A DNA stretch of 63,643 bases, counting the filler, from Reclinomonas americana ATCC 50394 (taxonomy: Eukaryota), in assembly GCA_048213135.1 (NCBI GenBank). It is 10 parts of 10 records of this genome, joined end to end, with 100 filler letters (N's around TTAATTAATTAA, not from the genome) between each part and the next. Parts side by side here need not be neighbours in the genome. Positions count along the whole stretch, not along the records: positions 48,254 to 52,157 come from AFZH01020197.1; positions 52,258 to 56,316 come from AFZH01020198.1; positions 56,417 to 58,519 come from AFZH01020199.1; positions 58,620 to 61,932 come from AFZH01020200.1; positions 62,033 to 63,643 come from AFZH01020203.1; 5 more parts are not named here. One strand, 5' to 3'. The notes beneath the pieces are model-generated. The model made no database searches. It was given only the letters and a program-made list of their open reading frames with translations, and was not told the origin of the DNA. A program made the translations under genes and the position numbers. How positions within the stretch are numbered: the first letter of the stretch is position 1; each line of letters begins with the position of its first letter. Positions 51,124-63,283 of this stretch are shown here, piece by piece.

Positions 51124-54100
51124 TCACAACTGTGAAAAGTCCTCGGGTGTTTCGTCGGCGGCCGCTCGCCCCGCACCGCGCTCCTGTTGCGCGGCATCCA
51201 GCCGAATGATCTTGATGGCCTCGTCCTCCGTGATGCGATGCAGCGAGGAGACCTTGTTGCGGAAGGTGATGCCGTAGCACGCGTCGGCATGCCTGACGAG
51301 CTCCTCACGGAAAGTGGTGGTGATGAACTGCGCGGGGTTCTCGGGATCCTCGGCCAGCTCACGAATGAGCTCGGCGACGGCGGTGCGGTACGCTGGATCG
51401 AGCGCCGCGTCGACCTCGTCAAAGAGGTAGAAGGGGGCCGGATCACTTCGCTGAATGGCGAAAATCAGCGCCAAACTGACCAGCGTCTTCTGGCCGCCGC
51501 TGAGGTGCGACAAGAACTGCGACTGCACCACGCCGGGGAACTTGACGCGGATCTGCACGCCACTGTAGCGCAACTGGCCACCGGCACCCGCCGATGGCGC
51601 GGCGCTGGAAGATGCACCGTCCTGTGTTGGTGCATGCAGTGAGTCTTCTGACTCCCAGAAGAAATCTGTTGCCTCAAAACGCAACTTCATCCTCCTGCGA
51701 CTGCCCGACGGCGCTGCGAATCATGACCATCTGCGCCGATCCACCCGGCACCAGCTTCTCAAAGATTTGCCGGAAGTGCCCGTCCACCTGCTTGAAGGTG
51801 CGGTTGATCTTTTCCTCCTTTTGCGCATCCAGCAAGTCGATCAGCTCGTCAATCGACTGCGACACGGACAGAGAAACACATGAGTGTCACCACCTTCATC
51901 CCCACCTCCTCCTCCTCCGCCCACCACCTTCACTCACCTTTTCGCCCGCATCGAGCTCCTCCATGCGCTCGTGCAGCTTGTCGCGCTGATCGCGAATCTG
52001 CTCGAATTGCTCGAGTGCCTTCTTGTTGACGCCAGTGTGCTCGCCGAGTTCATTGCGCAGCTCGTTGAGGCGTTCGTTGAGTCGTGTCTTCGCCCCACGA
52101 CCCTTCAGCTCGTTGCGATAGTGGTCGACGCGATCTTGCGGGGCAGAGCGCAGGTCANNNNNNNNNNNNNNNNNNNNNNNNNNNNNNNNNNNNNNNNNNN
52201 NTTAATTAATTAANNNNNNNNNNNNNNNNNNNNNNNNNNNNNNNNNNNNNNNNNNNNTTCTTACTGCTTCCTCTTCCTATACATACCTCCATTTTAATAT
52301 CTGTGCTCTATCTTCAAACGCTCTCAGTCTTCAGATAATACAAACGTGAGATTGTAGTACACACGCGCGCTTATTCCCAGTTTCTTCCCTAGCTGCTGGG
52401 CCCATCAGTATTTCTCTCTCTCGCTCTCTCGCTCTCTCTCTCTCTCTCTCTGTGCAAATGAGTGTCCAGTGTCTTCAGATCGTTCACATGTAGAATGTAA
52501 CATGAAATCCGTGCGCATTTGCTTGCTTCCTCTCTCTCTCTCTCTCTCCCTCTCCCTCCCTTTCTCTCCCTCCCTCCCTCCACAAAACGCAACGTAAGAT
52601 CCTTGTGCAACGGCGTGCCGAGTTCCTGCTGCAACGCACGCACACTGCCACGCTCCTCGTCGATCGACCGCTCCAGTGCCGCCACTGTCTCCCTCTTGTT
52701 CTCCAACGACGTCATGAGCGACGTTCGCTGCTGCTCCACAAACGCCACCTCGCTGCGATCGCCGTCGAGTACATCCACGCTCGTGTTGAAAAAGTTGTCC
52801 GCACTGCGCACAGGCGATGAGAGGCGCGACCAGAGAGAGAAGGGGGGAGAGAAGGCGAGAGAGTGAATGAGCGAGGGAGGACAGGAATGGGCGAGCGAGG
52901 GAGGAAAGGAAGGAGCAGGGATACGCAGATCAAGGAGTGCGTGATGTGCAAATGCTCCGCCTTCTTCTGAGTGACAGAGTGAGCGACGAGATGAATGGGC
53001 GAGCGAGGGGGGAAAGAACGGAGACAGGGTGTCAGTCATATGCAGATCAAGGAGTGCGTGATGTGCAAGTGCTCCTCCTTCTCCTGAGTGACAGAGTGAG
53101 CGACGAGATGAATGGGCGAGCGAGGGAGGAAAGGACGGAGACAGGGAGTCGGTGATACGCAAATCAAGGAGTAAATGATGTGCAAGTGCTCCTCCTTCTC
53201 CTGCTGTCTCTCTCACTCACCGCTGCAGCTCTGACAGAATCTGCGTGATATCCTGGTCCACGGTCTCCACCTGGTCGGCGAGCTTGCGCTGCTCACGCTC
53301 CAGCTCCACCTTCTTGTCGCGCTTTTCGCGCACGGCACGCATGTGCAGCACGCGTTGCCGCTTGGCCTCGTGGTAGCCGCCGGTCACAGTGCCCTTGTGA
53401 TTCACCATGTCACCGTCGAGCGTGACGGCGTTGAGGTTGTAGCGACGCGAGGCCTCCACGGCGGCGTCGTAGTTGCGGGCCACGAGTGCCTTGCCGAATG
53501 TCTGCAGAGCGGGGTGAATCAACTCATCAGCTTCTCCCTCTTCTTCTTCTCCGCCCCACACTCACCAACTGCACGGCCTTCTCGATTCGCTTGTCGTACT
53601 GAATGCGCGAGATGAGAGGGAACACCGAGTTGTCCGAGGCGTCGGGGTACGACGACGCCTTGACACGCAGCTCGGCCAGTGGCATGCACGTCACACGGCC
53701 GCGGCAGTTCTCCGCATTCATCAGCTCGAGAATGCGTGCGGCAGTGGCGGCGTTGTCCACCACCACCTGGAAGAGTGAGCTGTGGTGACGACGAAGGTGA
53801 GCGGCGGTCAAGCATGACACGAAATGCGACAGGGTGCACGCAACGTGGAACCGACCACATCGACACACTTGTCAAAGGTGCTGTTCGGCACCGTGATGAG
53901 CTCGATCAGCGGGCCAAACACGCCGGGAATGCGATGCCTGGCCACCAGCTTCTCCACCTGACACACACACACAGAAGGAAATATATGTGAGTCTCTCTTT
54001 GCAGCGGGCCCTCTTTCACACCCAACGCGGCGCAACTTCCTCGAGTCCCATGGCCACGTCGGGCGGCATCGCGGAGCGCAGCGATCGCTCCGCTTGCGCC

Positions 54101-56128
54101 AGGTCGTCAGAGACCGATTGCAGGGTCTTGTCGCACGTGTCGCGATCGTGCCACAGCTGGCGACGGTCCGCCTGCGCCGCGTCTCGCCGTGCCTGCAGTT
54201 CCTTGATGCTCTCGCGGAGCTCCTCGCTGCGGGCGCCGCGCTGCTGCATTGCAAGCTCACTAGAAGGGGAAGGAAGGGGAAATGGGAAAGGAGGAGAGAG
54301 AGGGAAAGGAACAGAGTGAGTTGAACAAGCTTGCAAGATTGAGAAGAGAGGGGCAGGGTTCAGAGGAAGAAATACAGTTGGAGTGCGAGTGTCGGAAGTT
54401 GAGAGAGCGAGCGGAAGAGGCAGAGAACCATGTTGGCATGCGGCACAATATCGGTGCAGTGAGTCGCACGCACGCTGACAATGGTGCACCAAGCAATAAA
54501 GACGAAGATAAAAGAGAGAGAAGAGAGAGAGAGAGAAAGAGAAAGAAAGAAAGAATGAGAAAAAGAATGGGTAAAGGCAGAGAGAAGAGAGACAGAGAAA
54601 AGCGGAAGGGAAAGCCATGAAGGTCAAGGGAAAGAACCCGTCATTTCTCGTCATAAAGAGAAAGCTCTTATCCCCCTTCTCCTTCCCTTCCCCTCCCTCC
54701 CTCTCTTACCTCCTTCCCCTCCCTCCCTCCCTTCCCCGTCATCCCCATCCCTCCCTCCCTTCCCCCCTTCGCCTCACCGTTGCGCCCGATCCCTCTCCGC
54801 CGTCTCAATGTCCCTCTGCAGCTGCGTCACCTCACCATTCAGCTCATCGCGCTGCTGAATGAGGATCTTGATTTGCTCCTCCGAGGCCCGGATGCGGCTG
54901 CGCAGCCACTCATCACGCGCCTCGGCCGAGCGGAAGTCCTGCTGGCGACCGCGCTTGGCATACAACCGCTTCTGCTCTTGCTCCACAGTCGACAGTTCGG
55001 CGGTGAGCGTGGCGTACTCTTGTCGCTTCTCCTCGTACACCGGCGTGAGCTTGTCCAGCTCACGCCGTGTCTTCGCAATGTCACGCTCAATGTCGCGCAT
55101 CTGCTCCTGCACTCGCCGCGCCTCGGCGGTCGGTCTCTTTTGCTGCTCCTCCAGTTTGCTGACGTCGACCTGCGATGAGGAGTGGGGTGAGGACGACGGC
55201 AGATGCGCACAACTTCCTGAATGAGACGCAAACCTCCAGCACGGTGATTTCGCGCACAAGTGCCGTCTGCTCCTCCACTTGGCGATCTCGCTGCTGGCGC
55301 AACTCGGTCAGCTGCTCCTCGAGGCGACGCAGTTCGCGCTCGCGCTCCTTGATCTCTGTGCGCGATTTCTCGCGCTTCTGTGCGGCATTGGCGAATCTGG
55401 CCAGCTCGTCGGTGCGACTGGCGTCGAGCTGACAAAGAGGGATGAGAGAAGGGGGAAAGGGAATTGCGGCAGAAACATGCAAACCTCTTCGATCTTGCCG
55501 CGTGCCTCGCTGAGGCTGGCGTCGAGCAGGGCGTACTCCAAAGCCTTGCGCTCGTTGTCCAATTCCTATTGCCGAGTGAGAGACTAAAGGGAGAACGCCG
55601 AACATGCAGACAAACGCAGACACACCAGAAACTCGGCCAGCTCCTCCTTCTCCTGCTCCAGCTCGGCAATGCGCTTGTCGAGGTTCTCCAGAATCTCGCG
55701 AATGGTCTCGCGCTTGCCGCCAGTCTTGTCCATGAGGTCGCGGCTGTCTTTCTTGCGCTCGTCGTACACTTTGGTGCCGGCGACGTCTTCCAGGAGGGCC
55801 AGGCGTTGGGCTTCGGTCATCATGGCCAGCTTGGAGACCTGTGGCAAAGGGGGAAGGGGAAGGGGGGAAGGGAGGGGAGGGAGGAAAAGGGAGAGAGGGA
55901 TAATGTTAATGAAGGTGCAAAGAAAAAAGAGCGCCTCGAAACGGAGGGAAAGGGAGGAACGAAAACGCGGTTGTGACGGTCAGGAAGAACATGAGAGTCA
56001 AAGTTGGAGAACAAGCAGGTGACCATGCGAGTGAGAAGGTGAGAATGACTGGGTGTGGCAGAGGGACGCACCGTGACACATACGATCATTGAGAGAGATG
56101 AAATGAACGGAGCAACTAAACACGCAAG

Positions 56129-56212
<84 letters not shown>

Positions 56213-56474
56213 GACGGAGGAGGTAGGAGAGAGAGGACGACGACGACGACGACGACGAACGAGAGTAGAGAGGAGGAGGGAGGGAGGAGGAGGAGGAGAG
56301 AAGAACGAGAGAGAGANNNNNNNNNNNNNNNNNNNNNNNNNNNNNNNNNNNNNNNNNNNNTTAATTAATTAANNNNNNNNNNNNNNNNNNNNNNNNNNNN
56401 NNNNNNNNNNNNNNNNCGACGCGAACCGAGACGACGATGAGAACGGATCCAAGCGCAAGCGAATGAGATGATGG

Positions 56475-56508
<34 letters not shown>

Positions 56509-57933
56509 TCCAGCGAGAACACGAACTGCAGGCTCGAAAAGGCGACGACTGGAGGACTCAATTCTCGCTCGCACTCTTAACGCACCTTGCCCTGCGGAAC
56601 AATGTAGTACGGGTTGGAGCTGGAGAAACCCGCTTGCTCCAGGAGACTCTTGACTTCGCCCGAGCTGCGTGATAACAAAAGCAGTTGAGAGCGGCACGAG
56701 ACTCCTTTTCTAAACAAGAACAACTGCTCACCTCGCGCCCTTGTTGTTGATGAGGAATTCGTCCTTCTTGAGGCCGACGACACGCGCGAGCTTGACGACC
56801 GGAGTGCTCAGCTGCAACACGAGTCAGTCGCGGGCGCCACACAAGGAGACAGTGCAGATGAACGCACCGCCAGACGGCCGGAGCTGTTGTCAAACTCAAT
56901 CTCCACGGTGGCGCCGAGCGTCTTGTCCAGACGCGGTCCATCCTGCAACGCACAGATGAGCACCAGCCAGCCACAGGCGAGTGGAAAACCTTCCACTGCA
57001 CGCAACATGCAGCAGCTTCTGTCGCTGATCCTTCTGCAGATGCTGGTACTGATCGCCGAGCACAAACTCAATCGCTGGCGAAAGTGCAAGGGTTAGCAAC
57101 GAGGAAAATGAGAGAGAGAGAGAGAGAGGGTGCGCAGGCACTCACCGGAGAAGAAGTTTGACTTGCCAGAACCGTTGCGACCGACTGCAGAAAGGCGATG
57201 AGCGAGGAGGCACTTTAAAGTGCGATGAGAAATGCACGTGATCAAAGTGACGACTGGAGAGTGGAAGTGAGTGGAAGAGAGAGGAAGAGAGTGGAAGAGA
57301 GTGGAAGAGAGATAGAGAGAGAGAGAGAGAGAGAGTGCTTATGGGTGATTGATAGTGCGAGAACGCATGTGTGTGAGTGACTGATAGCGAGAACGCATGC
57401 AAGTGGGTGGAAGGAGAGTGAGTATGTGAGTGAATGCAGCAAAGACAACAACTTTTATCATCAAAGTGCACGTCTCTCAGTTAATGACTCGTCTCTCCTT
57501 CTCTCTCTCTCTCACGCACACACACACACTCACTCACTCACTCTTCTCTCTCTCACTCGCACTTTGATCACACTTTCATCACACAAATTACTCTTTTGTC
57601 TCTCCTTCCCTTCTCTCTCTCACGCACACGCACACACACACACACACACACACTCACACTCTCACTCACTCTCACTCTTCTCTCACACTTTGATCACAAA
57701 TTTCTCCTTATCTCTCTCTCTTCCCTCTCTTTTCCTTCTCTCTCTTTCTCTCTCTCCCTCATCGACTTACCCACAACATTATGACCGGGCACAAAGGGTT
57801 CCATTCCAGTCTGATTCAAGTACGATTTGAAGCCGAGAATGTTGATGCGACGAATGTGCAAGTGCCCTCCTCCTCCTCCTCCTCCTCCTCCTCCACTTCC
57901 ATCGTGAAGCTCGCGGTGAGAGGATGATGCCAT
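51124..57933 (-). CDS. SMC3: Cohesin subunit SMC3 (spans two gaps; part of the C-terminal coiled coil missing in gap 52158-52257)
   Basis: HIRRINILGFKSY..PGHNVV|VGRNGSGKSNFF, GLKKDEF (Eco1 acetylation KK), LEQAGFSSSNPYYIVPQGK, VAGTKVYDERK, hinge GVFGPLIEL..VTLDGD...G..TGGY, LSGGQKTLVSLALIFAIQRSDPAPFYLFDEVDAALD. Confidence 0.97.
52900..53205. repeat. Intronic tandem repeat, 117 bp unit, ~2.5 copies (SMC3 intron)
   Basis: gc(a)(g/a)atcaaggagt...tgatgtgca at ~52920, 53037 and 53154. Confidence 0.9.
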
Positions 57934-58027
57934 TCTCACACACTCTGTCACACTTTCGACTGAGTGCAAACCCTCGCAGGCGCGGGAGTGTGACGTCATT
58001 TGTCCGTGTGTCGATGTCGACAGTGCG
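57934..58027. promoter_or_regulatory. Very short divergent promoter region with TGACGTCA palindrome
   Basis: SMC3 ATG (57933, minus) and a plus-strand ATG (58028) are 94 bp apart; TGACGTCA at 57991-57998. Confidence 0.4.
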
Positions 58028-58434
58028 ATGAACACCTTCCCTTTCATCAGTGGTGACGACCTCTTCACTCCCTACGTTGCGTGCTGTGCATTGCGTGCGC
58101 GCGACACTGTGTGCTGAGATGGAATCGCTCATCACAGAGATCTCGAGCTGTGCGTGCTGGAAACATCATTCTCGTGGCCTGCAAGAGGATCGCATCCCCT
58201 GCGGATGACGTGACGCCGCCAAGGCGAGACCTCCTGTTGAAGAACCGCGAGTTTTGCAAGCGACTCTATTTGCATTGCCATGAAGATGCCAAAGTGGACG
58301 ATGCTGCCCGTCAAGTGGACCTGCTGCACCCAGCCGGGCTGTGCTGGTGGTGCACTCCAGCTGACGCGATGATACGCGACGAGACCATGCGGTCGGTCGC
58401 GCAGGTTATTGACATTGGGCGCAGCGAGTCGTCG
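58028..58434 (+). CDS. Hypothetical 5' exons, possibly the N-terminal domain of the downstream STAND-TPR gene
   Basis: MNTFPFISGDDLFTPY|RSRAVRAGNIILVACKR...DIGRSESS|gtgagt; separated from the STAND gene by a gap. Confidence 0.45.
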
Positions 58435-58619
58435 GTGAGTTGCATGAGACACGTGGACAGCCTTCAGCAGCTGGTTGATGCTCTCTCTCTCTCTCTCTCT
58501 GTTGTTGTGTGTGGATCATNNNNNNNNNNNNNNNNNNNNNNNNNNNNNNNNNNNNNNNNNNNNTTAATTAATTAANNNNNNNNNNNNNNNNNNNNNNNNN
58601 NNNNNNNNNNNNNNNNNNN

Positions 58620-61600
58620 CACGATCAAGTCAACCTTGAGCTACAGGGACGAGAGCGCTTAGCCGATTATGACGATCGGCTTTCTGATATAGCACGCACT
58701 AAGTTCCGACTGAATAATTGTGCAGGTAAGCAGCCTTACTTAGAGCTTGCTGTGTGCATTAGCGGCGAGGCCGATTCCATGTATTGACGATGGAAACGCC
58801 AGTACTTGGGTAATCTTTCACACTTCTTCTCATTCCCTTTGTGCCTCACAGCACCAGACAGCAGTCGCCTACCCAAGACACCGCTCATCGCCCGCGCCGT
58901 GAATCCAGTGACCGCATTCCGCTTCCCGAGTCGACGTGCTCTGGCCGCCTCTCTCGTCACGCGTATTGAGAATGCCGTGGAAGGTTGGCTGCTCCTTGTA
59001 ACTTCCCTCTTCTATCTCCATATCGTGTGCCTCATCACTTGTCTGTGATTGCTTGCGCAGCACACCGTCCAATCATGGTGGTGTTGACGGGCGATGGTGG
59101 CACTGGCAAGTCGTTCCTAGCTGAGCTACTGGTGACAGAGCTGCAAGTTACTCGTCGATGGAAGGGATCTGCCGTGTCGGTGGAGATGCGTGGTCATGTG
59201 GGCGATGCGAGGGAGCATGTGAAGGTGTGCTGGGGGAACATGCGTGTTGTCTCTCCTACTGTCATTCTGACTCTTTCTCTCTCTCCGTGCCGCACACGCA
59301 GGCGGAGAGCGCTCTGAGCGAGTGCCTGCGTGCCTTTGTGACGGCGCAGATGCGAGTGGATGAAGTGAAGGGGAGAAGAATGGCCCTTCATGTGGATGCG
59401 CTGCTGTCAAGTGGTGAGATGGAGCCAGTGCGTCGTCTTCTGCGACAGCTGATGCACGCATCGAGTGGAGTGATGGTACTGGACAATGTGGGATCGGCGG
59501 AGCAAGTGAGGAGTGTGGTTCAGTGTGCTGATGAGGGTGCGTCTGGTCATGAGAGAGAATTCTCATTCTTGCTTGGATGTTTGATGCTAAATTGATGTGC
59601 ATCATGTGTGTGTCTGTGTGCAGGTGGAATGGTGGCACCGATTGTGTTGGTGACGAGTCGATATGGACGAGTGGCGGATGAGATTCGCGACTCGATGCAC
59701 GAGGCGGAGGTGGAGTGTGTGCGAGTGGAGAACGTGGAGAACGAGGACATTGCGCAGCTGGTGGAGGAGCGACTGCTGCACAAGGTGTCAGGAGATGTGC
59801 GACGACGGATTGTGGAGGCGCTGGAGAGTGGGCAGCAGGAGAAGAGTGCCCTGCGAGTGAGTGCTTGTGTTGGGTGAGTGGATGGGTGAGTGAGTGGCTT
59901 GTTGATGAGATGACTCACTCTTCTCTCTCTTCTTCATCATGCAGCTGGTTGCTGTCACGGTCAGCAGCACAGCTGGTTGGGGCGCGACTGGAAGAGGTGC
60001 TGAGTGGCATCGGTGGCGATGCACTGTCGCAGCTGCTGGAACGCAATGTGATGTCACAGACAGCGGCAGCACGTTGTCTGTTGGTGCTGATTACGGCGGG
60101 CAAGGAACTCGGCTTGCCAGTGACAGTGGCACTCGCACGAGTGGCACTGGGTGTGTTGCGAGTGATTCCCGATATGACGATGGCTGTGGGTGGTGGTGAT
60201 GGTGGGCAGGCTGCACTGGATGAAGATGAAGAGGCAGCAAGTCGATTGGTGGAGTTGGGTCAGTGTGTACGTCGACTGCGATTGCATGAGCTGGCACAGG
60301 AGAGGCGACGGCGTGCCCCCGCGGTGGTGGGTGAGCGGCTGCAGTTTGACGAGATGAGTGAGGAGGAGGAGCAGCGAGTACGTGCACGAAGAGATGAATT
60401 GGTGGGCGGTGGTGGTGATGACGGAGGCGAGGATGTGCTGGACGGTCTGTGTTTATCGAATCTGGTGACGGTGGGTGTCAGTGGCAGCATGGACAGTGTG
60501 GCCCGTGTACTATGTGGTGAGCAAGTGAGAGGGAGTGCTGGTGTGGTGGTGGAGTATCGAGTGCGCGACGAGATTGCTGGGTGGATTGTGCGACGGTTTG
60601 GCAATCAAGTGTCACGGATGCAGCGACAGATTGTGCGACTCGTGTGTTGTGTGCTGAGTGGCATTGATTCACAGAACGACAATGACGGTGTGCTATTGGT
60701 GTCGCGTGACTTGCTCGGTGTGCTGCAGAGGGTGTGGCGACGGTTGGGTGAGGATGATGGCATGTGGGCGAGTGATGCTGTTGGTGCGAATGGGCTGCTT
60801 GTACAATGTAGGGCGGTGGAGTGGATTGGTGAGGGGTGTGCCTTGGGAAGACTGCCGACTGTCGAATTCGATGAAGCAGTGGCTTCATCGCTTGTGCGAC
60901 GTGTGACAGAGTGTGGACAATGTGGAGTTGGTGATGTTGGGATCAGTTCAGTACGACGACGCTTTCCTATTGTTGTGGCAAAATGTCGAGCATGGCTGTT
61001 CTCCATGCTTCGTCTCTTGGATGAACACAATGCAGCTTGGCAACAGGCATGGCGTTTGTGCGAGGAGTGGGAAAGGGATGCCAGTGGCGAGATGACTGTG
61101 CTGGATAAGATTGACGCATTTCGCTGCTTTATGTGGTTTGCTTTTTATTCGAGCAAATTGCTGCTGCTGATGCAGTGTCGTGAGCGGCAGTGTGCGATAC
61201 TGGGGGAGAGCCATCCGGATACGCTGATGACGCTGTATACCCAAGGAACGCACTTCTACAATCGAAAGCATTGTGCTGATGCTGAGACACTCTTCCGACG
61301 GTGCTGGGAGATGCGACGAGTAGTTCTTGGAGCTGAGCATCCCGACACGTTGGCGTCCATGAACAATGTTGCCCGCTGCATCCCAGATGACGGTCGCTTG
61401 GATGAGAGAATTCAGCTTGAACGAGAATGCTTGCAGTTGAGACGAGTTGCGCTGGGAGCTCGGCATCCGGACGCATTAGCGTCCTTGGACGCTGATGCCT
61501 CATGTAGCCAGGATAGCATTGGCGACCAGTCTCTGGGGCAACAAGATAGCAGTGGTGGCCGATCTCTGGGGCAACAACAACCACAGTCGCAGCAGCAACT

Positions 61601-61667
61601 GTTTCGCCTTAAGAGTGCCGTCGCCGCGCCAGAGAGTCCGCGGAGGTGCGGATGCTCTCTAATGTAA
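58620..61667 (+). CDS. STAND NTPase (NB-ARC-like) + TPR protein with C-terminal CaaX (CSLM); 5' partial
   Basis: FPSRRAL, Walker A VVLTGDGGTGKS, Walker B VMVLDNV, IVLVTSR; three kinesin-light-chain-type TPRs (LGESHPDTL, LGAEHPDTLASMNNVA, LGARHPDAL); ends RRCGCSLM*. Confidence 0.88.
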
Positions 61668-62189
61668 CGCAGTAACGTGCAACCTTTCTCAGAATCCTGC
61701 TCAGCTTTCAAACAAGACGCTTCATTCACCACATTCCAACAAACAACAAATTCATTCACCAACAAACAAGTAACAGCTGTCTTGATGACCAAACCGTATC
61801 CAAAATATCAACACAGACACCAATCTTGAGACAGCAGCAGGTTCCTTGTGTGTGTGTTCGCTCTCGGTGCTCCGAACAAGTCGAGAACTGCGATCTTCAC
61901 CGCATCAGCGTGGTTGACCAGTGGATTTGACGNNNNNNNNNNNNNNNNNNNNNNNNNNNNNNNNNNNNNNNNNNNNTTAATTAATTAANNNNNNNNNNNN
62001 NNNNNNNNNNNNNNNNNNNNNNNNNNNNNNNNCTCTCTCTCTCTCTCCTCCCTCCTCCTCTCCTCCTCTCTCTCTCTCTCTCCCCTTCCCTCTCCTCTCT
62101 CTCTCTCTCCTCCCTCTCTCTCTCTCTCATTCTTGGGCGTTCGAATTATCGTCCTTCCCCTCAAACTGCTCTCTTTGCCCTCACCCCAG

Positions 62190-63283
62190 GTCACTGAGGC
62201 CTGCAAGCGCCTGGAGGCCATCGCGCAAAAGTACCAGGAGCAGGCTCAGCTGCTGGACCCACATTTGGAGCGCCTCGTCACCTCGCTGGTGGCCACAGTC
62301 ACCAGCGGTGGCCTCACCGACCCACGGAGCGTGCCCGTGTTTCGAGCGCTGTATGTGCTGACCAAGGTGTGTGTTCTTCTGTGGTGTGCATCTCGCTCTC
62401 ACTGTGCGTTGTCTGCATCATTCTCTGCGTTGCTGGTGTTTTCCCTCCCTCTCTGTCTCGCAAACACACACTTAATCTCTCTCTTTGTCTCGCGTCGCCT
62501 CAAAACTTGTGTCCCCGAACTCATTCTTCGAGTCCATCATTGTGTTGCCTGGCCACTGGATGCTTCACTTTCTCATTTCCTTCCCCGCCTCACTCATCTC
62601 TTTGTCTCGCGTCGCCTCAAAACTTGTGTCCCCGCACTCATTTTTCGAAACTCTCTCAATGTCATTCGTCCATCGTTGTGTTGCCTGGCCACTGGATGCT
62701 TCACTTTCTCATTTCCTTCCCTCCCTCTTCCCCCTTTCCCCTCTTGCAGGTCCGCGGCCACAAAACCGTCTCACGCTTCTTTTCGCACCAAGTGTCCGAC
62801 CTGCCGATGGTCCTCGACGCACTTGAATTCCTGATGAAGCGCTACACTCCGTGGGAGTCGCGGTACGCCATTGCTACATAACTCCCTCTTGTGCATTTCC
62901 CCCTCTCTCTCACGACTCACTACTCGCAGATACGTACTGCTCCTCTGGCTCTCCATCCTCGTCCTCCTCCCGTTCGACCTGGCCGTGATGGACTCGTCGA
63001 TGGCCGGCACGGACGGCAAGGCCTCATTGGTGGAGCGTCTGATGGCGGCTTGCCACGAGCACTTGACCGATGCGGGCAAGACGCGCGATGGAGGTCTGGG
63101 TGATATCACCTGCCAAGTTACTTTTGTTTCTTTTACCCACTTGTTCTGTTTGCACAGCCTCCATCTTGCTCGCTCGCCTCCTGGCGCGACGCGACCTGCC
63201 CGACAGTGTGCGCAATTCATTTGTGGAGGATTCTATTGGAGCGCTGGCCGATCCGACGGGAGTGAATGCCATTCGTTGTGCAG
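62190..63283 (+). CDS. TBCD: Tubulin-specific chaperone D, internal exons (partial)
   Basis: KYQEQAQLLDPHLE, LYVLTK|VRGHKTVSRFFSHQVSDL, WESR|YVLLLWLSILVLLPFDL, GKTRD..SILLARLL.R.D. Confidence 0.95.
62480..62722. repeat. Intronic direct repeat, ~117 bp offset, 2 copies (TBCD intron)
   Basis: ctttgtctcgcgtcgcctcaaaacttgtgtccc at 62483 and 62600; gtgttgcctggccactggatgcttcactttctcatttccttccc also duplicated. Confidence 0.9.

Noticed and set aside
52804..53220. SMC3 intron of 417 nt (3n) reading open as 39-aa repeats with a single TGA, suggesting readthrough or an insertion
   Set aside because: The TGA is part of a canonical gtgagt donor, pyrimidine-rich sequence is naturally stop-poor, and splicing restores a normal SMC3 coiled coil.
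61810..61932. Possible 3' end of a minus-strand gene next to the gap (NHADAVKIAVLDLFG...)
   Set aside because: Too short and without a recognisable motif.
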